NCBI GenBank assembly: GCA_964464605.1
Contig: CAYXJN010000007.1
Span: 62,001-126,000 of the forward strand
Direction of reading: 5' to 3'
DNA: 64,000 nucleotides
Origin: an uncultured Ignavibacteriales bacterium
GTDB taxonomy: Bacteria; Zixibacteria; MSB-5A5; GN15; FEB-12
The notes below the pieces were generated by a model. It was not told the origin of the DNA, did not search any database, and saw nothing but the letters and a program-made list of their open reading frames with translations. Shown here one piece after another: positions 30,033 to 40,176 of the stretch (the stretch's first letter is position 1; each line of letters begins with the position of its first letter). A program made the position numbers and the translations under genes.

Positions 30033-30109
30033 TGGTAGCGGCGCAGGGATTCGAACCCCGGACACGCGGATTATGATTCCGCTGCTCTAACCAACTGAGC
30101 TACGCCGCC
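30033..30109 (-). tRNA. tRNA-Met (CAT), elongator-type, CCA encoded
   Basis: GGCGGCGTAGCTCAGTTGGTTAGAGCAGCGGAATCATAATCCGCGTGTCCGGGGTTCGAATCCCTGCGCCGCTACCA; full cloverleaf with CAT anticodon. Ile2 identity is not fully excluded. Confidence 0.93.
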
Positions 30110-30175
30110 ATTTCAAAACAGACGGACAAAGTAGGTTAACTTCCCCGCTTGGTCAAGTTTACGATTGTTCTTGTT

Positions 30176-30348
30176 GTAGGTCAGGAGCCCTGTGCTCCTG
30201 ACTCCAAAGAAATTGTCAGGACTGCAGGAGTCCTGACCTACGAAGACGTAAGACAAGAATTGTCGGATTTCAAGAGAAACCCGACCTACAGAAAGCATAG
30301 TCGAAGGGAATAAAAAAGTCGGCCGATGCGCACATCGACCGACCTCTA
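30176..30348. repeat. Cluster of four GTAG-type REP-like palindromes
   Basis: GTAGGTCAGGAGCCCTGTGCTCCTGAC on + (30176-30202) and three reverse-oriented variants at about 30215-41, 30262-89 and 30318-48. Confidence 0.75.
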
Positions 30349-30721
30349 ACGGAAAAGGAGTTCCGGCCTCACTTCCAGAACTCCTTCTCACCCAGCTCTC
30401 TTAAATACCCTTCACCGCCATTCAAGCATACTTAAGAGCAAATTCATTTTAACTAAATACATACAACTCGCATGCCAAAGTGGCGCCGTAACCCTTCTAT
30501 TTTAATAAGTTATTGCAAGATATCGTCTTTGCTCAAGCAGCAACGCCTGTTCGTTTATCGCATTAAAGCGATAACGCAGAGATTGCGCTCACTTTCTTAA
30601 TAGCCAGCCTCTTGCGATCAGATATAATGCGATGTGATTCAATAGATTAAAAAAGAGGCGCAGTGCGTGCGCCTCTTGATCGCTTTTTAGCTCGAAATAG
30701 TCGGTTCAGCAGTTTCTGCGG

Positions 30722-32116
30722 CTATTTCTTCTTCCCTAAGTGCACAGACATCTTGTGAACGTCGTGGGTTGCCTCCATGAGCGCTTCGGATATTACCGGA
30801 TGCGCCATCACGAGCGAACCGAGCTCTTCAACCGTCAGCCCCTGATGCACCGCCAGAGCGGCTGTATGGATGACTTCCGTCACATGCGCGCCGACCGCGT
30901 GAACACCGAGAATCTTGTCTGATTTCTTGTCGGCGACGACTTTGATTTCGCCGGCGATTTCATTTTCGGCGTGAGCTTTACCCAACGCACGAAGCGGGAA
31001 TTTACCGGTGGCCACCTCGTGGCTTTCTAAAGCCTTTTTCTCAGTTAGTCCGACGGATGCGACTTCCGGATGCGTGAATATCACCGACGGGACGCCGAGA
31101 TAGTTTATCTTAGACTTTCCACCGAGCGCATTGTCGACGGCAACTGAACCGTCATGCGTGGCGGTGTATGCCAACAGGATTTCGCCGCGAACGTCGCCGA
31201 TAGCGAAGATATTTTTGATATTGGTTCTGGCATCGGGACCGGTCGGAACCGAACCGTTTTTGTTCATCTTCACGCCAACTTCTTCAAGGCCGAGATCTTC
31301 GGTGTTAAAGGCACGTCCGACCGCTACGAGCACTTGATTGGCGTTGACGACTTGTCCATTCGACAGTTTCGCCTGTGCGCCATCCGGGCCGGGGGTGAGG
31401 GATTCGACTTTGGTCTTGGTAAAGATATTCGCCTTCATCTTTTTCAATTCCCGCTCGTAGATAGCGGCAGAGCCGTCATCTTCCAAAGGCAGCAGGTGAT
31501 CCATCATTTCGACAACCGTCACTTCGACATCCAACAGAGAAAGCATGCTCGCCCATTCGCAGCCGATAACGCCGCCGCCGATGATGAGCATCGACTTTGG
31601 CAGATGCGGCAGTTCGAGCAAGTGGTCGGAGTTCATCACCCGCTTGCCGTCGAGTTTGAAAATCGGAATGGTTGCCGCCCGTGAACCGGTGGCGATGATA
31701 ATATTATCTGTTTCCAGTTTTGTTTCTTTGCCGTCCTCAGCGATAACAGTCACCTGATTTTTGCCGGTGATTTTGCCGAAGCCGACATGATGATCAACAC
31801 CGTGGGATTTGAACAGAAGCGGAATGCCGCCGACCATGGTGCTCACGACTTTGTCTTTCCGCTGGCGCATGGCGAGCCAGTCATAAACCGGCGGTGAGGC
31901 TAAGTTGATGCCGTATTCGTTGGCATGTTTCATCCGCTGATATTCGTTGGCGGAAGCAATCAGCGCTTTGGAAGGAATACAGCCTTTATTGAGACAAACG
32001 CCGCCGAGTTTTTCCATTTCGACCACGGCGACTTTGGCTCCTTTTAAGGCAGCTCGGATTCCGGCTGTGTAGCCGCCCGGACCGCCGCCAATTATGACAA
32101 TATTATATCGTTCGAT
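30722..32116 (-). CDS. lpdA: Dihydrolipoyl dehydrogenase
   Basis: IIGGGPGGY, GGVCLNKGCIPSK, ATGS, GGGVIG.E and HPVISE motifs. The N-terminus extends past the track start to an ATC codon at 32116. Confidence 0.95.
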   Translation of the reverse strand: MERYNIVIIGGGPGGYTAGIRAALKGAKVAVVEMEKLGGVCLNKGCIPSKALIASANEYQRMKHANEYGINLASPPVYDWLAMRQRKDKVVSTMVGGIPLLFKSHGVDHHVGFGKITGKNQVTVIAEDGKETKLETDNIIIATGSRAATIPIFKLDGKRVMNSDHLLELPHLPKSMLIIGGGVIGCEWASMLSLLDVEVTVVEMMDHLLPLEDDGSAAIYERELKKMKANIFTKTKVESLTPGPDGAQAKLSNGQVVNANQVLVAVGRAFNTEDLGLEEVGVKMNKNGSVPTGPDARTNIKNIFAIGDVRGEILLAYTATHDGSVAVDNALGGKSKINYLGVPSVIFTHPEVASVGLTEKKALESHEVATGKFPLRALGKAHAENEIAGEIKVVADKKSDKILGVHAVGAHVTEVIHTAALAVHQGLTVEELGSLVMAHPVISEALMEATHDVHKMSVHLGKKK

Positions 32117-32274
32117 GACACTAACTCCTGTTTACAAACGTCGTTTGCTTTTAATCAGGCGATAATGTACTGCATTAGTCAACAGCCGCAAGTCCCCTTG
32201 TTAAATTGCTGGAAACAAAAAGCGGCCAACCAGTTAGGTTGACCGCTGAAAGGTCAGTTTGTTCGGAAACCAGA

Positions 32275-32823
32275 TTAAGAACTGGCTTCGACAGTCAGAA
32301 TCACGCGGATAGAATCGATCGTGTAGGCATTCGTGTTCTGGCTTTCATCCATGCCGTAGTAGTGGAACTTGCCTTCTTTAGCCAATGTCTTCAGCGTCTC
32401 AAAGTTAATGAGATAGGTAAGCGACTGGTCGTAAGAAATGTATGTCTGTGTTCCATTGCCAGCAGCCACCGGCAGATCTTTAATAATCTGCGTAGCATCG
32501 GACTGAACCGCGCCGACCGTAGTCAGAACCGGATCGTCCGATGGATCGATATAGGCATTGAACGTATTGGCATCCACCGAATTATTAGTAATCCACATTT
32601 CGAAACCGGCAAGTTTGATGTTGTCGATGTCATCTTTGTGGTCTTCCCAGTCACTGTTGTCGGTGATATCAAGGTCATAAAAGTAAAAGCCCGTATTGGT
32701 GGTAAAATCAATACCGTAGATCATCTCGGTCACAATGAATGTGCCGGATACCAAGCAGCCGCCGACGGTAAGTAACACCGACATAGCGAGCGCCATTAAC
32801 CACATTTTTTTCTGTATTTTCAT
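32275..32823 (-). CDS. Hypothetical lipoprotein
   Basis: Signal with VGGC lipobox; AAGGAG RBS. Confidence 0.7.
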   Translation of the reverse strand: MKIQKKMWLMALAMSVLLTVGGCLVSGTFIVTEMIYGIDFTTNTGFYFYDLDITDNSDWEDHKDDIDNIKLAGFEMWITNNSVDANTFNAYIDPSDDPVLTTVGAVQSDATQIIKDLPVAAGNGTQTYISYDQSLTYLINFETLKTLAKEGKFHYYGMDESQNTNAYTIDSIRVILTVEASS

Positions 32824-32850
32824 GTTTATACTCCTTTGGGGAATCATCTA

Positions 32851-33399
32851 CTAAAAGTAGAAGTTAAGGCCCCCGGTCGGGGTTAAAAATTTAGCGGCGC
32901 CGCCTTCTTCAAGCGGAACAATGCTCGCCTTGCCGCGAATGTCTAAGGCCAGTTTCGGTGAGAAACCGATTTCAAAGCCTAATCCGAAATTGTAGCCGAA
33001 ACGGGTTTCGTCTTCGATAAAATCAGAAACTTCATCCGGCTGCTTGAAGCTGAAAAAGCCGATACCGGCAAGCAGGTACGGGTGAAAACCGGGACCAGGA
33101 ACGACCGAACCGAGTGTTCCGTCAATTCCGTAGGAATTAACTTTCATACCGTCGATCCCCAAATCGACGCCGTCGATTTCATCCGGAGCACCTAAGCTTG
33201 AAAAGTTAATGTTCGGTTCCAGCGTCAAAAACGGCAGCGCTTTGAATCTGGCTTTTATGCCAAAGACTGAACCGGAATTTTGATCATCCTGCAAAATCGG
33301 AATGTTCAGACCGCCGTATGCGCCAACCCCGAAGCCGCCTGCGTGAGCGCTTCCGACAACAAGCACGGCGCAGATACACGTCAGCAATAGTTTTTTCAC
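32851..33399 (-). CDS. Outer-membrane beta-barrel domain protein (8-stranded, OmpA-like TM family)
   Basis: Signal peptide, PYLLAGIG, FGYNFGLG, terminal NFYF. Confidence 0.8.
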   Translation of the reverse strand: MKKLLLTCICAVLVVGSAHAGGFGVGAYGGLNIPILQDDQNSGSVFGIKARFKALPFLTLEPNINFSSLGAPDEIDGVDLGIDGMKVNSYGIDGTLGSVVPGPGFHPYLLAGIGFFSFKQPDEVSDFIEDETRFGYNFGLGFEIGFSPKLALDIRGKASIVPLEEGGAAKFLTPTGGLNFYF

Positions 33400-33530
33400 G
33401 AGAAATCCTCCGCTCGTTTAGTTTGGTTTGTTCTAAAAATGTCGAGGCAGAGCTGCTCAGGTCAACTCTTTTTTGTTAACCGGCGAATTGTTAGGACGAA
33501 AAAATTTCCGCGTCGCGGGGAACTTTCTCC

Positions 33531-33558
33531 TTGACATGGGGTTAATTTTCTGTATCAT
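33531..33558 (+). promoter_or_regulatory. sigma70-type promoter of the polyamine operon
   Basis: TTGACA-N16-TATCAT about 65 bp upstream of the regulator start. Confidence 0.6.
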
Positions 33559-33623
33559 CGGTCGACTTTATTAAACAAAATGACCGTGTTAATTAAACCG
33601 GAGACGATAGAAGAAAGTATGCA

Positions 33624-34163
33624 GTGGACATAAAGCTCGGAGCCAAAATTAAGGCACTTCGCCTCGCTGCATCATTGACTCAGGAAGAGCTGGCCAACCG
33701 GGCCAGACTGACGAAAGGGTTTATTTCGCAACTTGAGAACGATCAGACTTCGGTTTCCGTCGATTCGCTGGCAGATTTGCTGGAAGCACTCGGCGTGAGT
33801 ATGGGGGAATTTTTCGCGGACAGCGAAAAACATGTGATTTTCCGGCCAAACGAGCGAATTGAAGTGGAAGGAAAAGGCGCGCACAAATTTGAATTGTTAG
33901 TACCGGGATCGACGAACAATCTAATGGACCCCATCATGATTGAGTTGAAAGCCGGTCAGACGCTCGGAAAACAAGGGCCGCGGCCGGGCGAACAGTTCGG
34001 CTATGTGCTCAAGGGAGCGGTGACAGTGAGAGTAAATCGGCGGACGTACAAAGTACCGAGCAGAAGCTGCTTCTACTTTGAATCGGACCAGCCGAATCAG
34101 ATAAGCAACGAAAGCAACGGGACGGCGTCGCTCTTATGGGTAACGTCACCGCCGTTGATGTAA
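33624..34163 (+). CDS. XRE-HTH plus cupin transcriptional regulator (PuuR-like)
   Basis: LTQEELANRARLTKGFISQLEND HTH with a C-terminal cupin; heads the polyamine operon. Confidence 0.88.
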   Translation: MDIKLGAKIKALRLAASLTQEELANRARLTKGFISQLENDQTSVSVDSLADLLEALGVSMGEFFADSEKHVIFRPNERIEVEGKGAHKFELLVPGSTNNLMDPIMIELKAGQTLGKQGPRPGEQFGYVLKGAVTVRVNRRTYKVPSRSCFYFESDQPNQISNESNGTASLLWVTSPPLM

Positions 34164-34193
34164 TGGGAACCTTTAGGGAAAGAGGCACAAGAA

Positions 34194-34610
34194 GTGAAGA
34201 TTCTCGGTCGGCATCTGCTGGTTGAGTTCACCAACTGCGACAAAGGCGCGTTGGATAACGTACAACTGCTGGAAACAGCGTTCAAGGACGCTGTCGCTGC
34301 GGCTGGCGCAACGCTCGTGCAGTCGGTTTTTCATCGATACAACCCGCAAGGGGTATCGGGTGTCATTGTTATTGCTGAATCACATTTGTCGATTCACACC
34401 TGGCCGGAATATGGGTACGCGGCCGTTGATTTCTTCACCTGCGGTGACAGTGTCGATCCTTACAAAGCGTTCGAACTGGTCAAAGAGCGTATTAAATCCG
34501 CAGACGCTCACATCACTGAAGTCAGACGCGGAATCCCCTCGGCCGCCGATGAGTTCATTGCTCACAAACCGGTTAACCAGGAGTTTCTTTCTACTCCTGT
34601 CTCTCGTTAA
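34194..34610 (+). CDS. speD: S-adenosylmethionine decarboxylase proenzyme
   Basis: [36 protein letters not shown]. Confidence 0.95.
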   Translation: MKILGRHLLVEFTNCDKGALDNVQLLETAFKDAVAAAGATLVQSVFHRYNPQGVSGVIVIAESHLSIHTWPEYGYAAVDFFTCGDSVDPYKAFELVKERIKSADAHITEVRRGIPSAADEFIAHKPVNQEFLSTPVSR

Positions 34611-34624
34611 GGAGGACTGGACGA

Positions 34625-35797
34625 ATGACCCCTACCATCAGCTTTGCAGCCCACGAGCAACAAGCCCGTGCGCGCGGCGTTGATACCCGTCATTTGCGCG
34701 AATTAGTTGCTCAGGAAAAATTCGAAACGCCTGTTCTGTTTTTGTCCCGCTCGGAAGTGGGGAAAAACTATCGGGCATTAAAACAGGCCTTAAAACGCGT
34801 CCATATTCACTACGCCGTCAAACCGAATATCCATGAGGTCATGCTTCAGGAAGTCGCCAAACAGGGCGGCAATTTCGATGTCTGCTCGGCCGGTGAAATA
34901 GATGAAGTAAGAAAAGTCGGCGCAAACCCGACCACGCTGGTGCATTCTCACCCGATCAAATCAATCGCGGAATGGGATTATGCAGTCGGCGCCGGTGTTG
35001 ATACATTCGTCGTTGACAATCCGGAAGAAGTGAAAAAGCTGGCTCGCTACAGCGACCGGAAACTGAAAATGATTATCCGTTTCCGTATCGACATCGAAAA
35101 CAAGGCGGTAGTCAATTTGCAGTACAAGTACGGCTGCCGGGTGGAAGAAGTGCTGCCGCTTGCCCGCCAGATTCGTGAGCAAGGCCAGGAACTGCACGGA
35201 CTCTGTTTCCATATCGGCTCCCAGTGTGTCTATGCGGAAAACTATGTGAAGGCGATTGTCGCCTCGCAGGAGCTTATCCGCCAATTGGACGCCGAAGGAT
35301 TCAGCATCAGCCTGCTTGATATCGGCGGCGGTTTTCCGGCGCCGTACACAGATGATGTTCCTGCAATCGACACCTTCTGTGCACCGATTGCAGCTGCCTT
35401 AGACAGACATATTCGTCCGGATATCAAAGTTATCTCCGAACCGGGTCGGTTTATTGCCGCCACGCCGGTGACGCTGGTGACCAGCATTATCGGCAAGTCG
35501 GAACGGGATGGAAAACTCTGGTACTATCTCGATGACGGCCTCTACTCCACGTTCTCGGGCATGTTGTACGACCACTGTGTGTATCCGGTCGTCACTACCC
35601 GTGAAGCGGGTTCTGGCAAGCTTTCTACCATTGCGGGTCCGACCTGCGATTCGTTCGACGTAATGTATGACGGCCTTATTCTGCCGGAACAAAATGTCGG
35701 CGATAAAATGATATTCCCCTGCACCGGCGCATATTGCTCCGTGTCAGGCTCTAACTTCAACGCCCTGAAACGGCCGGAATACAAGGTCATTGACTAA
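34625..35797 (+). CDS. Type III PLP ornithine/lysine decarboxylase
   Basis: HYAVKPN, FHIGSQ, LDIGGGF, EPGRF, GPTCDS and GAY motifs. Confidence 0.9.
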   Translation: MTPTISFAAHEQQARARGVDTRHLRELVAQEKFETPVLFLSRSEVGKNYRALKQALKRVHIHYAVKPNIHEVMLQEVAKQGGNFDVCSAGEIDEVRKVGANPTTLVHSHPIKSIAEWDYAVGAGVDTFVVDNPEEVKKLARYSDRKLKMIIRFRIDIENKAVVNLQYKYGCRVEEVLPLARQIREQGQELHGLCFHIGSQCVYAENYVKAIVASQELIRQLDAEGFSISLLDIGGGFPAPYTDDVPAIDTFCAPIAAALDRHIRPDIKVISEPGRFIAATPVTLVTSIIGKSERDGKLWYYLDDGLYSTFSGMLYDHCVYPVVTTREAGSGKLSTIAGPTCDSFDVMYDGLILPEQNVGDKMIFPCTGAYCSVSGSNFNALKRPEYKVID

Positions 35798-35798
35798 A

Positions 35799-36713
35799 AT
35801 GGAAACAGTGAGCAAACAGCAGACTTCGAATCAAAAAAGCGAAGACTATATCGTAGAAAGCAGCATGAGCGACCTTTGGAATGTTTGGTATACCGAACTG
35901 CATGAAGGTCTTTCCGGATTAACGCTTAAAGTTGACCGGATAATCGAATCGACGCAGTCGAAGTTTCAGCGCATTGATGTGCTCGATTCAAAAGACTTCG
36001 GCAAACTCTTAGTGCTGTACGGCTCACTGATGGCCGCAGAAAAAGACAATAACGCCTACAACGAAATGATTACGCATGTCCCGCTGTTTTCACACCCGAA
36101 TCCCAAAAAGGTGCTGATTATCGGCGGTGGCGACTGCGGTGCGCTGACAGAAGTGCTCAAGCACCCGGAAGTCGAGCAATGCACGATGTGCGAAATCGAT
36201 GAAATGGTCGTTGATGTCTCCAAGCGGCATTTCCCCTGGCTGACCACCGGTACTTCCGATCCTCGGGCACGTTTGATTTTCGATGACGGCAAAGCGTTTA
36301 TCGAAAATTCAAAAGAGAAGTTCGATGTTATTATTCTCGATCTCTCCGACCCGATCGGTCCGGCGGTAGAGCTGTTCCAGAAGTCATTCTATGAAACGGT
36401 GTATTCGAAGCTGAATGATGACGGTATCATGCTGCCGCAAACGGAATCGCCGTATTACAATCGGAAAACGGTGCGGGCAGTGCACAAGAATCTGGCAACT
36501 ATTTTCCCGCTGGTGAAAATGTACACCTGTCATATGCCGATTTACCCGTCTACCTTTTGGTCATTCGCGTTTTGCAGCAAGAAGTACGACCCGATCACCA
36601 ATTTCGATCAGGCGCGTTACAATACGATCAAACCGAAGACCAAATACTATAACGATGAAATCCATAAGGCTGCTTTCGTGCTGCCGCAGTGGGTGCGGGA
36701 ACTCATCGCCTAA
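35799..36713 (+). CDS. speE: Polyamine aminopropyltransferase (spermidine synthase)
   Basis: YNEMITH, VLIIGGGDCG, CEID and DLSDP motifs. Confidence 0.93.
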   Translation: METVSKQQTSNQKSEDYIVESSMSDLWNVWYTELHEGLSGLTLKVDRIIESTQSKFQRIDVLDSKDFGKLLVLYGSLMAAEKDNNAYNEMITHVPLFSHPNPKKVLIIGGGDCGALTEVLKHPEVEQCTMCEIDEMVVDVSKRHFPWLTTGTSDPRARLIFDDGKAFIENSKEKFDVIILDLSDPIGPAVELFQKSFYETVYSKLNDDGIMLPQTESPYYNRKTVRAVHKNLATIFPLVKMYTCHMPIYPSTFWSFAFCSKKYDPITNFDQARYNTIKPKTKYYNDEIHKAAFVLPQWVRELIA

Positions 36714-36736
36714 TTATTCAGTTCACCGAAAATACT

Positions 36737-36769
36737 AACGCGGTAAGGTTGAACTTACCGCGTTTTTTT
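36737..36769 (+). terminator. Intrinsic terminator
   Basis: aacgcggtaag-gttgaa-cttaccgcgtt followed by a T run. Confidence 0.8.
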
Positions 36770-36782
36770 ATTTATATACCGT

Positions 36783-37475
36783 ATGAAACCAACCCTTCTG
36801 ATTCAAAACTGTCCGGCTGAATCGGCCGGTTCGACCCTCGATTATCTGAAGGCAAAAACGATACCGTTCCAAATCGTGAAGACCTATGATGGCGAAACAC
36901 TGCCCGATCCGCGCACAGTCGGTGCCGTGATAAATCTTGGCTGCCCGCTTTCTGTCAATGTTACGTTTGAAGTCGATTACCTGACGAATCTCTACAAGTA
37001 CGTGGTCGAGCTCGTTCGGCGGGATCAGCCCTATCTCGGTATCTGTTTCGGTGGGCAGTTGCTGGCACGGGTATTAGGCGCGGATGTCAAAGCGAATAAG
37101 GTGAAAGAGATAGGAACGTATACGGTTGAGTTAACGGAACACGGGATCAGTGATCCACTCTTTACCGGCTTTCCGAAAGAGTTTACCGTGTTTCATTGGC
37201 ATGGGGACACGTTCGGAATTCCGTTTGGCGCTCTGCATCTGGTAAAAGGAGTCGATTGCGTCAATCAGGCGTTTCGCAAAGGACGTATGGCCGGTGTACA
37301 GTTTCACTTAGAGACTATTCCGAGTGAAGTACCGGTTTGGTGTGATGAATACAGCGATGAAATGCACACGTTCGGACAGTCTAAAGAAAGTATCCTCAGC
37401 CAGTATTCCCCCAAAGCTCCGTTTCTGACTAATCTGAATTATCAGCTGCTCGACAACTTTTATTCACTGTCATAA
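36783..37475 (+). CDS. Type 1 glutamine amidotransferase (GMP-synthase-like)
   Basis: LGICFGGQLLA nucleophile elbow, WHGD, QFHLE. Confidence 0.88.
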   Translation: MKPTLLIQNCPAESAGSTLDYLKAKTIPFQIVKTYDGETLPDPRTVGAVINLGCPLSVNVTFEVDYLTNLYKYVVELVRRDQPYLGICFGGQLLARVLGADVKANKVKEIGTYTVELTEHGISDPLFTGFPKEFTVFHWHGDTFGIPFGALHLVKGVDCVNQAFRKGRMAGVQFHLETIPSEVPVWCDEYSDEMHTFGQSKESILSQYSPKAPFLTNLNYQLLDNFYSLS

Positions 37476-37500
37476 TTCCTAAAGCAAAACTCTGCCAATA

Positions 37501-37526
37501 AAAAAGCCCGGCATAACCGGGCTTTT
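37501..37526. terminator. Bidirectional terminator
   Basis: aaaaagcccgg-cataa-ccgggctttt between convergent genes. Confidence 0.8.
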
Positions 37527-37554
37527 GTGTATTCCAAAGTTTTGGAGCACGAAA

Positions 37555-38835
37555 TTAGAACGGACGAAGAACGGAAACGCCCCAGTTCATCGTGTTGGCA
37601 TCGCCAGTCACGAAGTACGGACCGCTTAAGACCCAAGCCGGATCGACATGGGTGTCGATGTGCCAGCCACCCCAGAGGAAGCCGAGGCCAAGGTAGGTCT
37701 GATTATCAGCGAAATTGGCGGTGTATTTGTATTCGCCATCGCCGCCGTCATCTTCAGTGAAGCTGCTCCAGTTCCAATTGGAGGTCGCGCCAGCACGGAC
37801 AGTCATCCACTGGAACATCTGAGCTTCAGCACCGAGCTTTAAGTACAAGAAGGAGAATTCCGTAGCGCCTTCTTTATAGGCTTCGCCATCAGCCGGTTCG
37901 TCTTCATATGTGGCCTTGCTGTAGCGAATACCGCCATCGAGAAGAGCAAGGACATCTTCCGCCGGGGTCCAGTTCAAACCGGAACCGAGCGTGATACCCA
38001 TGATGCTACCTGATTCGGTAAAGGACTCATCACCGTTTCCGTCATTGTACTGAACACCATGTTTACGGTACATGATCTGGGCGTGCGGAACCAGGGTGTA
38101 GTTGTTGCTGCGGGCCATGAAATGACGACCACGGAGACTGAAAGCTAAGTTACCTGACGGTTCTGTTTCGTCAATCAGGTCAGTACCATTGTAGTACTTG
38201 TCACTCCAGCTCCACATCTGAATGCTCGCTGCAACGTCGGTATTGCCTTCATTCATGGTCAAACCGAGAGCGAGCTTGTAGCTGTTAAAACCTTCACTCC
38301 AAGTTTCGCCAACGCCACCACTACCGGCATCTTCTTCAGAGTACGAAGAATGGATCCATCTGAGGTGAAGACCGAACGGATTCTGTCCAAGTCTCTTGGC
38401 AAAGAAGAGATCCAGCTTCTGGTTCGGGAACAAATCATCGTCAAAATCGATGTAGTCAAGCAAATCAAACTCACCCCAAACGGAGACATCGAATGAAGCG
38501 CCTTCTACTTCGGCATTGTGGAAGTAGGTACCAAGGATCCACGGATTTTCTTCTCCGCGGAATTGCCAGTGAACACCAACCTTTTGGAGTTCGGTACCAC
38601 TATAGGACGGTCCGCCAAAACCGGAGAGCGAGGAAGACGAGGAACTGCTGTAACCGAATTCTGCAACGGCCAGTTTCGGATAGTTCAGCAAACGGGACGG
38701 GTAACGGAAGATGTTAGCATCGTCCATTACGATGTCATACTGCTGGCCTAAGGTAAGCAAACGCGTTGAGGTCGCGAATGAACTGCCTGCTACCAGCATA
38801 ATAAGGGCAAGACAGATTGTTAAAATACGATTCAT
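37555..38835 (-). CDS. Hypothetical outer-membrane (porin-like) protein
   Basis: Signal MNRILTICLALIML..SFA, amphipathic beta strands, terminal Phe. Confidence 0.7.
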   Translation of the reverse strand: MNRILTICLALIMLVAGSSFATSTRLLTLGQQYDIVMDDANIFRYPSRLLNYPKLAVAEFGYSSSSSSSLSGFGGPSYSGTELQKVGVHWQFRGEENPWILGTYFHNAEVEGASFDVSVWGEFDLLDYIDFDDDLFPNQKLDLFFAKRLGQNPFGLHLRWIHSSYSEEDAGSGGVGETWSEGFNSYKLALGLTMNEGNTDVAASIQMWSWSDKYYNGTDLIDETEPSGNLAFSLRGRHFMARSNNYTLVPHAQIMYRKHGVQYNDGNGDESFTESGSIMGITLGSGLNWTPAEDVLALLDGGIRYSKATYEDEPADGEAYKEGATEFSFLYLKLGAEAQMFQWMTVRAGATSNWNWSSFTEDDGGDGEYKYTANFADNQTYLGLGFLWGGWHIDTHVDPAWVLSGPYFVTGDANTMNWGVSVLRPF

Positions 38836-39237
38836 ATATAATCCTAATCCTTTCATAGTTTTCAACTTCGACTGTGCCGGGAAAATTGTGACGACAGGAA
38901 TGCCGGCGGGTTCAGTCACCATCCCTGTCCGACTCACGCCATAGGCATCCCTCCTTCAACTGAGTACCGGTTGAAACCGGTGCAGAATTGCGATCTTCCT
39001 TGATTCATATGTATAAACTTCATCATGTTTTTTGCTTCCAATGCGATACTTGGGGCATCGCATTTCATCGAAAAACTCGTCAATTGTAACTGTCACATCG
39101 CTTTGACACAAGTAAAAACTAAAGATTTTTAACCCCGCACATACCCCGGAAAGGCGAATTAACTCTTTTTATTATAATGAGTTATAAATTAAGCTTGTAC
39201 CTTTCTGGTACAAACTTCGGGCGGCCTAAAACAATGG

Positions 39238-40047
39238 TCAGGTCGATTTCCGGCTCTTTTTGGCCTGCTGCCAAAGGGCTTCCAGTTCAGGCAGGGTGAA
39301 ATCGGCGAACGGGCGACCGCTTTTCTCGACTGCAAATTCCATCGCTTCAAAGCGGTTTTTGAATTTTCGGAGACTTCCCTTGAGCGCTTGCTCCGGATCA
39401 ATATCGAGTTTACGGGCAAAGGACGCTAAAGCGAACAGTAGGTCTCCAATTTCCTCTTCGAGCTCCTGCTTGTTCCCTTTCGCTGATGCACCCTCTATTT
39501 CTCCCAATTCTTCTTTGATTTTGTCGAGCACTTCCTGGGGATGGTTCCAATCGAACCCCACCCCTCCTGCCTTCTCCCCCATGCGAAAGGCAAGGGTCAA
39601 GGCAGGCATGGAAAAGGGGACACCCCCCAGCACGTTCTTCTTTTCCTTGGTTTCGATTTTTCGTTTTTCCCACTGATCCCGTACCTGCTGCGGCGTAAGG
39701 CTGGTTTGTTCACCGAAAACATGGGGATGCCGGTCGACCAATTTGGTTACAACCCGGGTGATGACTTCATCAATCGTGAAAACCTGCCGCTCTTTGGCCA
39801 ATTGGGCATGGAAAATTATCTGACACAGCAGATCTCCAAGTTCTTCTTTGAGCAGCTGGTCATCGTCGGTTTCAACCGCTTCAATGACTTCGTATCCCTC
39901 TTCCAAAAGATACGGCAGTAAACTTTTGTGGGTTTGTTTTCGGTCCCACGCACAGCCCTGTTCGGAGCGAAGGACAGCGAAAAGCATCACTAACTGCTCA
40001 AACGGAGTCAGTTTGGGATCTAAAACCTGTTCTTTGAGTGTTGCCAT
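39238..40047 (-). CDS. mazG: Nucleoside triphosphate pyrophosphohydrolase
   Basis: LRSEQGCAWD, EE.YE, EELGDLL, RHPHVF, GFDW and EEIGDLLF motifs. Confidence 0.95.
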   Translation of the reverse strand: MATLKEQVLDPKLTPFEQLVMLFAVLRSEQGCAWDRKQTHKSLLPYLLEEGYEVIEAVETDDDQLLKEELGDLLCQIIFHAQLAKERQVFTIDEVITRVVTKLVDRHPHVFGEQTSLTPQQVRDQWEKRKIETKEKKNVLGGVPFSMPALTLAFRMGEKAGGVGFDWNHPQEVLDKIKEELGEIEGASAKGNKQELEEEIGDLLFALASFARKLDIDPEQALKGSLRKFKNRFEAMEFAVEKSGRPFADFTLPELEALWQQAKKSRKST

Positions 40048-40176
40048 GACTGTCTGCCGGTTGCCGCCGCCCACTTGACCATATGGGTCGATACGGCTAT
40101 TATGTCCGCTTACGTTTTACCGATTATGTGTGTAACGCCGCGTATGCGGCCTATTTATTTTTGAGAAACATAGCGT

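Noticed and set aside
25500..30109. Integrative element or prophage at tRNA-Met
   Set aside because: No integrase and no duplicated tRNA 3' end (att) found.
30176..30348. CRISPR array
   Set aside because: Units differ in sequence and orientation and spacing is irregular; they fit REP palindromes better.
30463..30479. sigma54-like promoter on the minus strand (TTGGCATGCGAGTTGTA)
   Set aside because: The -12 element is GT rather than GC and no credible downstream ORF exists.
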